Origin: Flectonema sp. DT1601
Taxonomy: Eukaryota
Direction of reading: 5' to 3'
NCBI GenBank assembly: GCA_964019425.1
Contig: OZ025802.1
Coordinates: 682,001-746,000, forward strand
Length of the DNA stretch: 64,000 nt
Shown here: one piece after another, positions 36,236 to 48,010 of the stretch
How the letters are laid out: each line of letters starts with the position of its first letter
Numbering within the stretch: position 1 is the stretch's first letter
The notes under the pieces: model-generated
The model's input: only the letters and a program-made list of their open reading frames with translations
Told to the model about the DNA's origin: nothing
The model's database searches: none
Made by a program: the position numbers and the translations under genes

Positions 36236-36670
36236 TTTAAAAGAGAGAAGTAATCTGTAAGAGGGCAGTTATTTGTAAGAAGATCTCAAACATCTGTTTG
36301 TGACAAACTACTCCTGCCTGCTGGCATTAATATAAAACTATGCAGCAGCTAAATACAAGAAACAGAAACACGAATAATACTTTTAACTTCTTCCATCCAA
36401 ATTCAGCTTTCCACAACCGAATTCAACTCAACCTGTGGGAGGGAAATTAAAACTTCAAACAGCTTGCTGTAGGGTTACTTTCGTTGACTCCATCAAGGAT
36501 GGCACCTTTTTTTTACTTTTTTTTTTTTTTTCATTTTTTTTTTTTTTTGACATAGTTTTTTTTTTTCCCTTTACTATTAGCTTCCCTCAGCCGACGTAGT
36601 TCTGAAATCGCGTGCTGAGCACAGCTGTGAAGCGTTAATTGCGTAATGTGGTATCATTGATAAGAATAAT

Positions 36671-37294
36671 CTACTGCTTCTTGGACTTCTTCTTGTCGGT
36701 CTTTCTCTGGTAGAAGGCCAATTCAGCACCCTCGAGAACGTATCCGTCACAACGTCCAACCTGTCCTGGACGGGAGCTAACCTTCGCCAAAACCTTTCCG
36801 GACTTGAACTGGTCTGAGAGAGACTTGTCAATCTTTCTTCCGACGATACGGGAAGCCCATCTTCTCTTTCTGGACTCAGTGAGCTCATCCTCCTTGAACA
36901 CCTTGTCGGTGGCTCTCTTCTTTCCAAGAAGAACTCCGTAGTGTTTGTAGTACCACTGTCTGAATGGACCAGATTCGATGGTTACGATGGCTCCCTTTAC
37001 GAGGGTCTTGGTTCTGATCATTTCGTTGCTGGTGGCGTTGTAAACGACGTCCAAAACACGGCACTTTCTGGTGCATGATTCGGTTCCCCATGCGAAGTTT
37101 CCGGTGTCAAGACGAAGGGCACGGAACTTCAAGTTTCCTCCTCTGGCACGGACCTGTCTAACACGGACATCACCGTGGGTCAACTTGGTTTGTGCTGGGA
37201 GACGTCCCAACTCGTACTTTCTCTTCTTGCAGTGGATCTTACGCTTTCCACCAGTCACACGACGCTTGTGAAGTCTGCTGCGAGTGATACCCAT
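36671..37294 (-). CDS. RPS8: 40S ribosomal protein S8, copy b
   Basis: Protein identical to copy a. Confidence 0.98.
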   Translation of the reverse strand: MGITRSRLHKRRVTGGKRKIHCKKRKYELGRLPAQTKLTHGDVRVRQVRARGGNLKFRALRLDTGNFAWGTESCTRKCRVLDVVYNATSNEMIRTKTLVKGAIVTIESGPFRQWYYKHYGVLLGKKRATDKVFKEDELTESRKRRWASRIVGRKIDKSLSDQFKSGKVLAKVSSRPGQVGRCDGYVLEGAELAFYQRKTDKKKSKKQ

Positions 37295-37972
37295 TTTTGC
37301 AGTAAACTTTGTAAGAAATATTAATAAATTTAACTACTAAAAACTGTCAGCAGTAACAATTGCTTGAAGAGTAAGCCTGAGTAGGAGCAAATTCTAATTA
37401 AGTCGTTGTCCCCTTCTCTTTGTGTTTTTGTCGTTGTTTTGCCCACCAGACCACACAAAGGCAATCTGCTTGGCTATAGCTAGTAAAGTCAGCAAGGAAA
37501 AGAGAGGGAAATCGACGAGGGACCAGAAAAGTCCGCCGGATGAAAAAAGAAAAGAAATACCCATGTGAAGGAGCAGCAGGAGGAGGAAAGGAGGATAACC
37601 TTCCTCTGTCTCCCATTTCTCCGTTCCGATGGGGATATCACAGAAAGAAAACGGCTAAAGAAATTATATAGCTCGAAATTAAATAATAACTAGTTTGAAG
37701 AATCGAATTGACAACAATTCGTAAACAAAAAGAAATGGAATTACTACTCACACATTGAACCCAACATCAACATCATCATCATCATCATCACCTATCATCC
37801 GAAACACTCTGTCTTCCCAAAGAAGTGCGTTCCTTTTGCTTGGATCACACAGGTTCGGAGAGGACAAAAAGTGCAAAGGATGGATGAAGAAGCGGATTAT
37901 TATATTAAAAGAAAGGAGGAACACGAGAAACAATCGATCCCTCCTTTACACAACAACAACTAAACGTACAAC

Positions 37973-38623
37973 CTACTGGAAGATCTTGTACAGCGGCATC
38001 TTCGGTGTGGCGTAGTAGGCCTTCACAACTGGAATGCTGGCAATCTTCTTCTTGTGGGCCATGATGTTCTTGAAACCGTCCAGACAGGTGGCCGGCACTC
38101 CCTCCATGGATCTCAACGGCTGCACAAAAGCGAACGCAGCGACGTCAGCCATAGTCAGGTGGTCGCCCACTGCGTATCCGCTCTTCGATTTCCCAAACTT
38201 TGCGTCCAACACCTTCAGCCACTTGTGTGAGTCGCCTCCCTCGGACACTGCCTTCGAGCGGACAGCATCCCTCTCAGCTCCCTCCGGCATCTTGTAAGAA
38301 GCAGAGATTGGTGCGAACATGTCTCCCAGCATGTCAACGAACTCGTCGACCTCCAGAGACAGAAGAGCGTCCTCCGGGTACAGCGCCCGTCCCTCGAACT
38401 TCGAAATCTTCGACACGTACCTCAACTGTGCCAAGCTCTGTCCGAACACCTTGCCTCCGACATGCAAAAGTGGAAGCTGCTTTGGAGCCACCTCCGCCTT
38501 CATCTTTCCCCACTCCTCTCCAGCCAGTCTCTGGTCTTCGAACTTGATCCCTCCCAGGGTGAGCGCAAGTCTCATCGACTCAGCACGTCCCGGAATCGGA
38601 AAGTAGACAACCTTGATGGACAT
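37973..38623 (-). CDS. Cytosolic glutathione S-transferase, sigma-like, copy 1
   Basis: YFPIPGRAESMRLAL (catalytic Tyr), QLPLLHV, QSLAQLRY, VGDHLTMADV. Confidence 0.93.
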   Translation of the reverse strand: MSIKVVYFPIPGRAESMRLALTLGGIKFEDQRLAGEEWGKMKAEVAPKQLPLLHVGGKVFGQSLAQLRYVSKISKFEGRALYPEDALLSLEVDEFVDMLGDMFAPISASYKMPEGAERDAVRSKAVSEGGDSHKWLKVLDAKFGKSKSGYAVGDHLTMADVAAFAFVQPLRSMEGVPATCLDGFKNIMAHKKKIASIPVVKAYYATPKMPLYKIFQ

Positions 38624-39353
38624 TGTTTGGTGTGAAGGTGTGGGTTCTTAGATGAAGTCACTGAGATGAGAGGGGAAAACATGAGGAGAATAAGAAACAA
38701 CAACACCGACAAGACAAAACCAATAGAGAGCAAGCGAATTTCGCCTGAACCGCAAACCTGAGTCGGGGCAAAGTCTAATTGAGTCGTTGTCCCCTTCTCT
38801 TTGTGTTTTTGTTTTCTTTTTGCCTACCAGACCACACAAAGGCAATCTACTTGGCTATAGCTAGTAGTAAGTCAGCAAGGAAAAGAGAGGGAAATCGACG
38901 AGGGACCAGAAAAGTCCGCCGGATGAAAAAAGAAAAGAAATACCCATGTGAAAGCAGCAGGAGGAGGAAAGGAGGATAACCTTCCTCTGTCTCCCATTTC
39001 TCCGTTCCGATGGGGATATCACAGAAAGAAAACGGCTAAAGAAATTATATAGCTCGAAATTAAATAATAACTAGTTTGAAGAATCGAATTGACAACAATT
39101 CGTAAACAAAAAGAAATGGAATTACTACTCACACATTGAACCCAACATCAACATCATCATCATCATCATCACCTATCATCCGAAACACTCTGTCTTCCCA
39201 AAGAAGTGCGTTCCTTTTGCTTGGATCACACAGGTTCGGAGAGGACAAAAAGTGCAAAGGATGGATGAAGAAGCGGATTATTATATTAAAAGAAAGGAGG
39301 AACACGAGAAACAATCGATCCCTCCTTTACACAACAACAACTAAACGTACAAC

Positions 39354-40004
39354 CTACTGGAAGATCTTGTACAGCGGCATCTTCGGTGTGGCGTAGTAGG
39401 CCTTCACAACTGGAATGCTGGCAATCTTCTTCTTGTGGGCCATGATGTTCTTGAAACCGTCCAGACAGGTGGCCGGCACTCCCTCCATTGATCTCAACGG
39501 CTGCACAAAAGCGAACGCAGCGACGTCAGCCATAGTCAGGTGGTCGCCCACTGCGTATCCGCTCTTCGATTTCCCAAACTTTGCGTCCAACACCTTCAGC
39601 CACTTGTGTGAATCGCCTCCCTCGGACACTGCCTTCGAGCGGACAGCATCCCTCTCAGCTCCCTCCGGCATCTTGTAAGAAGCAGAGATCGGTGCGAACA
39701 TGTCTCCCAGCATGTCAACGAACTCGTCGACCTCCAGAGACAGAAGAGCGTCCTCCGGGTACAGCGCCTTTCCCTCGAACTTCGAAATCTTCGACACGTA
39801 CCTCAACTGTGCCAAGCTCTGTCCGAACACCTTGCCTCCGACATGCAAAAGTGGAAGCTGCTTTGGAGCAACCTCCGCCTTCATCTTTCCCCATTCCTCT
39901 CCAGCCAGTCTCTGGTCTTCAAACTTGATCCCTCCCAGGGTGAGCGCAAGTCTCATCGACTCAGCACGTCCCGGAATCGGAAAGTAAACAACCTTGATGG
40001 ACAT
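39354..40004 (-). CDS. Glutathione S-transferase, copy 2 (one R>K difference)
   Basis: Same motifs; FEGKALYP instead of FEGRALYP. Confidence 0.93.
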   Translation of the reverse strand: MSIKVVYFPIPGRAESMRLALTLGGIKFEDQRLAGEEWGKMKAEVAPKQLPLLHVGGKVFGQSLAQLRYVSKISKFEGKALYPEDALLSLEVDEFVDMLGDMFAPISASYKMPEGAERDAVRSKAVSEGGDSHKWLKVLDAKFGKSKSGYAVGDHLTMADVAAFAFVQPLRSMEGVPATCLDGFKNIMAHKKKIASIPVVKAYYATPKMPLYKIFQ

Positions 40005-40495
40005 TGTTTGGTGTGAAGGTGTGGGTTCTTAGATGAAGTCACTGAGATGAGAGGGGAAAATATGAGGGGAATGAGAAACAACAACACCGACAAGATAAAA
40101 CCAATAGAGAGCAAGCGAATTTCGGATGAAGCGCAAACCTGAGTCGGAGCAAGTCTCATCGACATATTTCTGAGAAGATTGGTGCTCATATTGTGAGGAG
40201 TGTGTCTGCGATGAAAAGAGTAAAACAATTTACTTTATTATCAGATTACAGTTCTCGATGCGGTCGACAAATTACGACTTGAGACAAGTCTTCTTCTTTT
40301 CAATTTGAAAAGAATCGGATCGCCACAAAATAAACGTGACGACGGCCCTCGGTACACTGACACTGACAAAAATTGATGTATTTTATGATCTTTTTTTAAA
40401 TTTTTTTTTTGCCGTTTGCTTTTTAGTTGTTAAGCTAACCTGCCATCCGTGTTCCGCGCGAGAAGCATTGGACTTGAGAGAACAGTTAACTACTT

Positions 40496-41119
40496 CTACT
40501 GCTTCTTGGACTTCTTCTTGTCGGTCTTTCTCTGGTAGAAGGCCAATTCAGCACCCTCGAGAACGTATCCGTCACAACGTCCAACCTGTCCTGGACGGGA
40601 GCTAACCTTCGCCAAAACCTTTCCGGACTTGAACTGGTCTGAGAGAGACTTGTCAATCTTTCTTCCGACGATACGGGAAGCCCATCTTCTCTTTCTGGAC
40701 TCAGTGAGCTCATCCTCCTTGAACACCTTGTCGGTGGCTCTCTTCTTTCCAAGAAGAACTCCGTAGTGTTTGTAGTACCACTGTCTGAATGGACCAGATT
40801 CGATGGTTACGATGGCTCCCTTTACGAGGGTCTTGGTTCTGATCATTTCGTTGCTGGTGGCGTTGTAAACGACGTCCAAAACACGGCACTTTCTGGTGCA
40901 TGATTCGGTTCCCCATGCGAAGTTTCCGGTGTCAAGACGAAGGGCACGGAACTTCAAGTTTCCTCCTCTGGCACGGACCTGTCTAACACGGACATCACCG
41001 TGGGTCAACTTGGTTTGTGCTGGGAGACGTCCCAACTCGTACTTTCTCTTCTTGCAGTGGATCTTACGCTTTCCACCAGTCACACGACGCTTGTGAAGTC
41101 TGCTGCGAGTGATACCCAT
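40496..41119 (-). CDS. RPS8: 40S ribosomal protein S8, copy c
   Basis: Protein identical to the other copies. Confidence 0.98.
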   Translation of the reverse strand: MGITRSRLHKRRVTGGKRKIHCKKRKYELGRLPAQTKLTHGDVRVRQVRARGGNLKFRALRLDTGNFAWGTESCTRKCRVLDVVYNATSNEMIRTKTLVKGAIVTIESGPFRQWYYKHYGVLLGKKRATDKVFKEDELTESRKRRWASRIVGRKIDKSLSDQFKSGKVLAKVSSRPGQVGRCDGYVLEGAELAFYQRKTDKKKSKKQ

Positions 41120-41791
41120 TTTTGCAGTAAACTTTGTAAGAAATATTAATAAATTTAACTACTAAAAACTGTCAGCAGTAACAATTGCTTGAAGAGTAAG
41201 CCTGAGTAGGAGCAAATTCTAATTAAGTCGTTGTCCCCTTCTCTTTGTGTTTTTGTCGTTGTTTTGCCCACCAGACCACACAAAGGCAATCTGCTTGGCT
41301 ATAGCTAGTAAAGTCAGCAAGGAAAAGAGAGGGAAATCGACGAGGGACCAGAAAAGTCCGCCGGATGAAAAAAGAAAAGAAATACCCATGTGAAGGAGCA
41401 GCAGGAGGAGGAAAGGAGGATAACCTTCCTCTGTCTCCCATTTCTCCGTTCCGATGGGGATATCACAGAAAGAAAACGGCTAAAGAAATTATATAGCTCG
41501 AAATTAAATAATAACTAGTTTGAAGAATCGAATTGACAACAATTCGTAAACAAAAAGAAATGGAATTACTACTCACACATTGAACCCAACATCATCATCA
41601 TCATCATCACCTATCATCCGAAACACTCTGTCTTCCCAAAGAAGTGCGTTCCTTTTGCTTGGATCACACAGGTTCGGAGAGAGCAAAAAGTGCAAAGGAT
41701 GGATGAAGAAGCGGATTATTATATTAAAAGAAAGGAGGAACACGAGAAACAATCGATCCCTCCTTTACACAACAACAACTAAACGTACAAC

Positions 41792-42442
41792 CTACTGGAA
41801 GATCTTGTACAGCGGCATCTTCGGTGTGGCGTAGTAGGCCTTCACAACTGGAATGCTGGCAATCTTCTTCTTGTGGGCCATGATGTTCTTGAAACCGTCC
41901 AGACAGGTGGCCGGCACTCCCTCCATTGATCTCAACGGCTGCACAAAAGCGAACGCAGCGACGTCAGCCATAGTCAGGTGGTCGCCCACTGCGTATCCGC
42001 TCTTCGATTTCCCAAACTTTGCGTCCAACACCTTCAGCCACTTGTGTGAGTCGCCTCCCTCGGACACTGCCTTCGAGCGGACAGCATCCCTCTCAGCTCC
42101 CTCCGGCATCTTGTAAGAAGCAGAGATTGGTGCGAACATGTCTCCCAGCATGTCAACGAACTCGTCGACCTCCAGAGACAGAAGAGCGTCCTCCGGGTAC
42201 AGCGCCCGTCCCTCGAACTTCGAAATCTTCGACACGTACCTCAACTGTGCCAAGCTCTGTCCGAACACCTTGCCTCCGACATGCAAAAGTGGAAGCTGCT
42301 TTGGAGCCACCTCCGCCTTCATCTTTCCCCACTCCTCTCCAGCCAGTCTCTGGTCTTCGAACTTGATCCCTCCCAGGGTGAGCGCAAGTCTCATCGACTC
42401 AGCACGTCCCGGAATCGGAAAGTAGACAACCTTGATGGACAT
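41792..42442 (-). CDS. Glutathione S-transferase, copy 3
   Basis: Protein identical to copy 1. Confidence 0.93.
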   Translation of the reverse strand: MSIKVVYFPIPGRAESMRLALTLGGIKFEDQRLAGEEWGKMKAEVAPKQLPLLHVGGKVFGQSLAQLRYVSKISKFEGRALYPEDALLSLEVDEFVDMLGDMFAPISASYKMPEGAERDAVRSKAVSEGGDSHKWLKVLDAKFGKSKSGYAVGDHLTMADVAAFAFVQPLRSMEGVPATCLDGFKNIMAHKKKIASIPVVKAYYATPKMPLYKIFQ

Positions 42443-42894
42443 TGTTTGGTGTGAAGGTGTGGGTTCTTAGATGAAGTCACTGAGATGAGAGGGGGAAACA
42501 TGAGGGGAATAAGAAACAACAACACCGACAAGATAAAACCAAAAGAGAGCAAGCGTAAGCGTAAGGAGTCGGAGACGGTACTATACGAATCTTCCATGTC
42601 AGCAGGACTAACTAAATTGATTGATGTCTACATAACTGAATACCTGTTACAGATAATAAGGTGATTAGAATCGAACTTAAGAACTACTATTTTATTGATT
42701 GTTTTTAACTTTTTTTTTTTTTTTGGTCTTTTTTTTTTCCTTATTGGGCCCACCCCACACTTTCGCTTTTTTTTATTCATGCCTAGTTGTTGTTGCCGAG
42801 TACTCTGTGTTACACGGAGTAGCTGAATGAAAAAAATGCAGGGCGGTGATCGTGCAGCATATCGTAGAAAATTAAATGATTAACTGTTGGGCAT

Positions 42895-43518
42895 CTACTG
42901 CTTCTTGGACTTCTTCTTGTCGGTCTTTCTCTGGTAGAAGGCCAATTCAGCACCCTCGAGAACGTATCCGTCACAACGTCCAACCTGTCCTGGACGGGAG
43001 CTAACCTTCGCCAAAACCTTTCCGGACTTGAACTGGTCTGAGAGAGACTTGTCAATCTTTCTTCCGACGATACGGGAAGCCCATCTTCTCTTTCTGGACT
43101 CAGTGAGCTCATCCTCCTTGAACACCTTGTCGGTGGCTCTCTTCTTTCCAAGAAGAACTCCGTAGTGTTTGTAGTACCACTGTCTGAATGGACCAGATTC
43201 GATGGTTACGATGGCTCCCTTTACGAGGGTCTTGGTTCTGATCATTTCGTTGCTGGTGGCGTTGTAAACGACGTCCAAAACACGGCACTTTCTGGTGCAT
43301 GATTCGGTTCCCCATGCGAAGTTTCCGGTGTCAAGACGAAGGGCACGGAACTTCAAGTTTCCTCCTCTGGCACGGACCTGTCTAACACGGACATCACCGT
43401 GGGTCAACTTGGTTTGTGCTGGAAGACGTCCCAACTCGTACTTTCTCTTCTTGCAGTGGATCTTACGCTTTCCACCAGTCACACGACGCTTGTGAAGTCT
43501 GCTGCGAGTGATACCCAT
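42895..43518 (-). CDS. RPS8: 40S ribosomal protein S8, copy d
   Basis: Protein identical to the other copies. Confidence 0.98.
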   Translation of the reverse strand: MGITRSRLHKRRVTGGKRKIHCKKRKYELGRLPAQTKLTHGDVRVRQVRARGGNLKFRALRLDTGNFAWGTESCTRKCRVLDVVYNATSNEMIRTKTLVKGAIVTIESGPFRQWYYKHYGVLLGKKRATDKVFKEDELTESRKRRWASRIVGRKIDKSLSDQFKSGKVLAKVSSRPGQVGRCDGYVLEGAELAFYQRKTDKKKSKKQ

Positions 43519-43796
43519 TTTGTTGAGTTATTCTGAAAGGCGAAATACAATTCGAAACAAATTAAACTACTGTTGTTGACAAATACAACAGACATGACTG
43601 TCAGCCACAACAATAACAAACAACAAGTACAACAACCTGGAAAGGCTGGCTAAGGAAACAGCGACAAGGGCGAAACATAAAAAGTTGTTACCACTCGATA
43701 AATTGTATTTTAACATGTGTAAATGAGACATGAATATGACAGTAAAGTAAACACCTATCCTTGTTGAGACCTTTTAGTGTAAAAGAACTCATCTGA

Positions 43797-46700
43797 TCAA
43801 TCCCAATAGATCCTTTTATTAGTAGGGATGTGCCATCCCAGAATAGCACCACCTTCAGTCCCACTGTGAAGAGAATACATCTGCAAGACTGTTCTTAACC
43901 ATAAATAAATAGGAACAAGTACAGGACATAGTTCTGTTATATTTTGAACACTCAAATAATTTGATAAATTAGATTTGTGACGAGGAACCCAACAATCGAG
44001 TGACGTTCTCAAATGACAACACCTGTTGAATATTTCAGGAGTTAACTCAGAGAGCACGTATTGAGAAAAAGTTGTAATCAAGTGGTCGACAGGCTGTCTA
44101 AACATAGATCTAAACCTCGCCCAATAATTATTACTATTTCCAATTCCCAATATGAGTGACGTTATTTCAGCTACGATCGTCGTAATTTTGTTTGATTTTA
44201 TAAAACCACCTCGAGATTCAAATTCGCACAGCGATAAAATCGCATCTCTGGAAATCAATTTCTTTAACATATCATACGAAGCTGTGATGCTTGCTACTCT
44301 TGAGTCGTACGGTTCTTTTAAGTCTTCTACAAAAGGTTGTGCAATATCATAAACTTCTGAGTTTGTGAGGGCCAGTTTTTGTGCAGAATACACGCTGCTG
44401 TATGACATTATAGTGTGGATTGCTGTGTTATTTTTTTTTTTTTTTTTAATTTTTCCAATTTAGATAATGGGGAGGGAGAGAAGAGGGAAAAAAAAGTACA
44501 TAAAAAAACAGACCGTTCTTAAGAACTTTGTGTTTTCCGTATGTTTTTTCTTCCATCGGACGAAGTGGTATGTGAATGATATCCGGTATATTGTGCCAAA
44601 TACCACTAATGTCGATTATGTGACGTATTTTACCCAACGTCGTCAAAAACACTTCAACAGAATGTTCATCGCCTTCAACAGGCATTGGAAGCGATACTTT
44701 TTTAAACGGTATGACACCATCCTTACCATCAACCTCTCTCAAATTGTAAAAACATAATTGTAGTTGTAAGGGATTGAATGATATCTGTCTATACGTATAC
44801 ACTACTTCGTTAATGGTAATTTTATTTGAAAATAATTTTATAACAGAACCAGCTCTGATTACACTAATCGGCATAGTTGGATAATGATAAACAGCTTCGT
44901 TGGAATAGATATTCTCAACTGGTGATGTGATATATTTCACTCCCGGCATATCTTCGGCACTCAGAATAGTCATTTCTAAATGATATGCTAGGATCCCCGA
45001 TTCCACCCTTGCTTGTGTCGTTGGTCTCTTGTTCATATAATCTGGTATTTTACTACATAATACTTCTCTAATGGTTTGACCATGTATAAAGGCTGAAGGT
45101 GATGTCAAGGAAGAAAAGAAATCCTCAACGACGACTTTAAAAGTCTCCCAATCAATCTGTTCACTTGAGACAGAAGATTGTAGTCTGAGTTGAATGTGTG
45201 ATATGTGTTTTAGAACACTTGATTGTCGTCTTTTTTTTCCAGTTCTTTTTGTTGATTTGGGTGAGCTTCTTCTTCTAAGCGTCCGTCGCTGTGGACTGCT
45301 GTCTCTCGAAAGATCAACATTAGAAACACGTTTCTTACTTTGTCTGACTGAAACAATTGAGACGCTTCTGGTACTCTTTGACGCTCTTCTGACTTCTTCT
45401 TCTTCTTGGTGTTGAAGGTTGGGATCGAAATCTGGAAAATTAGAAAACCAATTTAACACAACACCCGCTTCAATCCCTAATTCAGAATCACCTCCAAGTT
45501 GACAACACAATCTGGTGTATTGTAATTGTGTCAGAGGTGGGGCCATTTGTGAAATTAAAAACTCATTCAACTCGGTCATTCCCACCAACTGCTCGACTAT
45601 TGGATCTGGTACTGCTTCTCTGCTTTTTCGAGGTTGAGAGAGACCCCTCCAGGGAATTGATCCCGTGTAGTTACTGAAATCTTTGTATGAAATGGGAGCC
45701 AGTGTTGCTGACTTTGATACAGACTTCTTTTTTCTAACCCGAGATTCCTGACGAGATCGATAAACCGCAAACTGCTGTCTTGCCAGCTGACTAACCAAAT
45801 CAGAAGAAGGAAGAGACGACGTCAGATGCTGAGATAATTCAAGTGCAGCAGTCGCTACTGGTTGTAACACTGTTAGAAGACGAATACTATCAGTTATACT
45901 GTCACTCCAACGTGTTATTACTGATATTAAGTAGTTGTTAAAGGATTCCCTCGGAGATCTAACAGTTGGTGTGAGTGAACGTTGATGATCATGGTTCGTT
46001 ATTACTTCTGATCTGCCAATCGAATTCGCCAAGTCAAGTGAAATACTTGGAAGAAATTGTTTTAATAAACAAACGATTAAAGACAGTTCTTTTATTGTAT
46101 TATAACCATGCCATCCAGGAAAATCTTTATCCAACGGACATAATTTTTCCCAAAAAGCATCAACCACAACGATCGCTTCAGGATATGCGCACAACATAGC
46201 ACAGGCATCGATTTCTTTTTGTCTCATGTGAGAAGCAGCCATCTGGTACTCAAGGTTACTTATATAAACACTGGATATAATTCCAGTTTTTTGAGACGTG
46301 TCTATACGCTCTGCTATGATTCGACAAAAATCGAAAATCTCACTACTATTTCTACAACGCCAGATGTTTAATACTAAACTGTCAAGGCAAACAGGTAGAG
46401 ATCGGTTTTTGAGAAGGGGTTCGTATGAGTCAATCATTTTTTTTAAGAAAACCATTGATCGGGTTTCACTGCAAACCATTAACCAACTGTGAGGTACGTC
46501 TACGGGTAGGTTTTCAGTTAAATTGCTCACTAACGAATACATTTTTGTAAAAATATTTATTTTTTTTTCACTTGATGGACCACCAGGTGAGACCACATCG
46601 CGAACATCATCTTCAACAGTTTTTATAATCGGAGCATACTTGTGAATTAGATTTCCTCTAACTGGGTGTGCAGCATCACAACAGTTCTTACACTGCTGAG

Positions 46701-48010
46701 TCTTGCACTCCGAACAAGCATACATAGCTAACTGCTGCTTACATATTTCACACATTCCTAAAAGTCTCGATGAGGCCTCACATTCAATAATAATTCCGCC
46801 ATCAGCATCTTCCGTCGAGACCCAACCTGCTGTTGGAGACTTCAGTCGTGCGCGTCGACCTCTCGTTTGGATGACTTCAATTAGTGAACCTGATATAGAT
46901 TAGGTTGGTAATGTAGATTAGTTAGTATTAATAATTATCAGTCAATCAAAAAAAAGGCAAAATTTCGTAGCGACCAAGGTAACATGGTGGAAGACAAACC
47001 ACCACACAGGCCAAGGATCAGCGTAAACGTAAAGTTAGCAAAGAAGATAACCGAACAGGTTAGAACAGAAGCACACACCAAAAGTCAACCGATACAGGTT
47101 GGATGGAGACGTGGCTTGCGACTAAGGTCAGTTGGTGGAAGACAAACCACCACAAAGTTAGCATAGAAGATAACCGAACAGGTTAGAACAGAAGCATCAC
47201 ACGGAGACATGGCTGGAAGGTCAATCATCACACAGGCCAGTCAAAAGATAAACTCCAACCGAAAGGTAGACGTGGCTGGAGGACAATTATCAGAAGATGA
47301 GTAAAGCTTTGACTGAAATATAAATTGTACATACCAGTTGCTATTATTGATATCACCCTACTGTGGATTCTTTCTTTAATCCTAACCCTGGCACCAGCAG
47401 TACCAACAACCCTCCACACTTGAGGTGTAGTAGTTGGTCGATGAGCATCTAGTATTCGTTTAAATCCAAAAACACATTCACCTGAGGGAGGAACAAGTTT
47501 TCTAACATCATCAATACACAATGCAGGTTTATTATTAATATGAATAAGTTGATCACCCATGTGAGATGGAAGCTCTGAATTGAATGCTGGAGTGTCCTCA
47601 TCAACACTAATGAGAGTCATCGATTCGTCTAAATGAAACCCAACAGACTTATTTAAAATAATACCAGAAACAGTTACATTAATAGGTAGTGGGGGTAGAG
47701 TTGCTGCAAAGACTTGTTCTGCTTCTATTTCCAAGAGTACGTCGTTACTAAGAAATGAAATTGTTTTTACTATTCTCTGACTTGAAACAATCAGATCATC
47801 AGACAAGACGTCGTTCAGTTCTTCTGCGAAAAGTGTGATTCGTATTTTCGATTCATTCTTTTTGACTGATGAACCTCTCACTAAAGTGATTTCTTGACCA
47901 GCTTTCAAATCTACTTCAGCAACACTCCCACCAGGTATTCGATTAAACCGCAGCTTTGCATTTGTTAATACTCTCTTCAGCTGTGCACTAACAATGCCAA
48001 CCCGAATCAT
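43797..48010 (-). CDS. Three-exon multidomain protein (~1225 aa): PDZ-like, SH3b-like and B-box zinc finger
   Basis: Exons 48010-47335, 46889-44514, 44422-43797 join in frame (both introns phase 1: GTATGT..ATCAG 445 nt; GTCTGT..CACAG 91 nt). PDZ-like VGFHLD..LISVDEDTPAF...GDQLIHINNKP; SH3b-like WRVVGTAGARVR...GRRARLKSPTAGWVST spans junction 1; CEIC..CSEC..CKNCCDAAH. Confidence 0.82.
46981..47292. repeat. Scrambled direct repeats inside intron 1 of the PDZ/SH3b/B-box gene
   Basis: ggtggaagacaaaccaccaca x2, agaagataaccgaacaggttagaacagaagca x2, agacrtggct x3, cacacaggcca x2. Confidence 0.85.

Larger units (their letters stand above)
36671..42555. repeat. Segmental duplications: RPS8+spacer+GST unit (36671-~38735 = 40496-~42555) and spacer+GST unit (~37376-38755 = ~38757-40150)
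   Basis: Near-identical spacer sequence (e.g. gtcgttgtccccttctctttgtg ... aaacgtacaacc) occurs three times. Confidence 0.92.

Noticed and set aside
46981..47292. CRISPR-like repeat/spacer appearance
   Set aside because: Repeats are irregular, permuted and intronic, and no cas genes are present.
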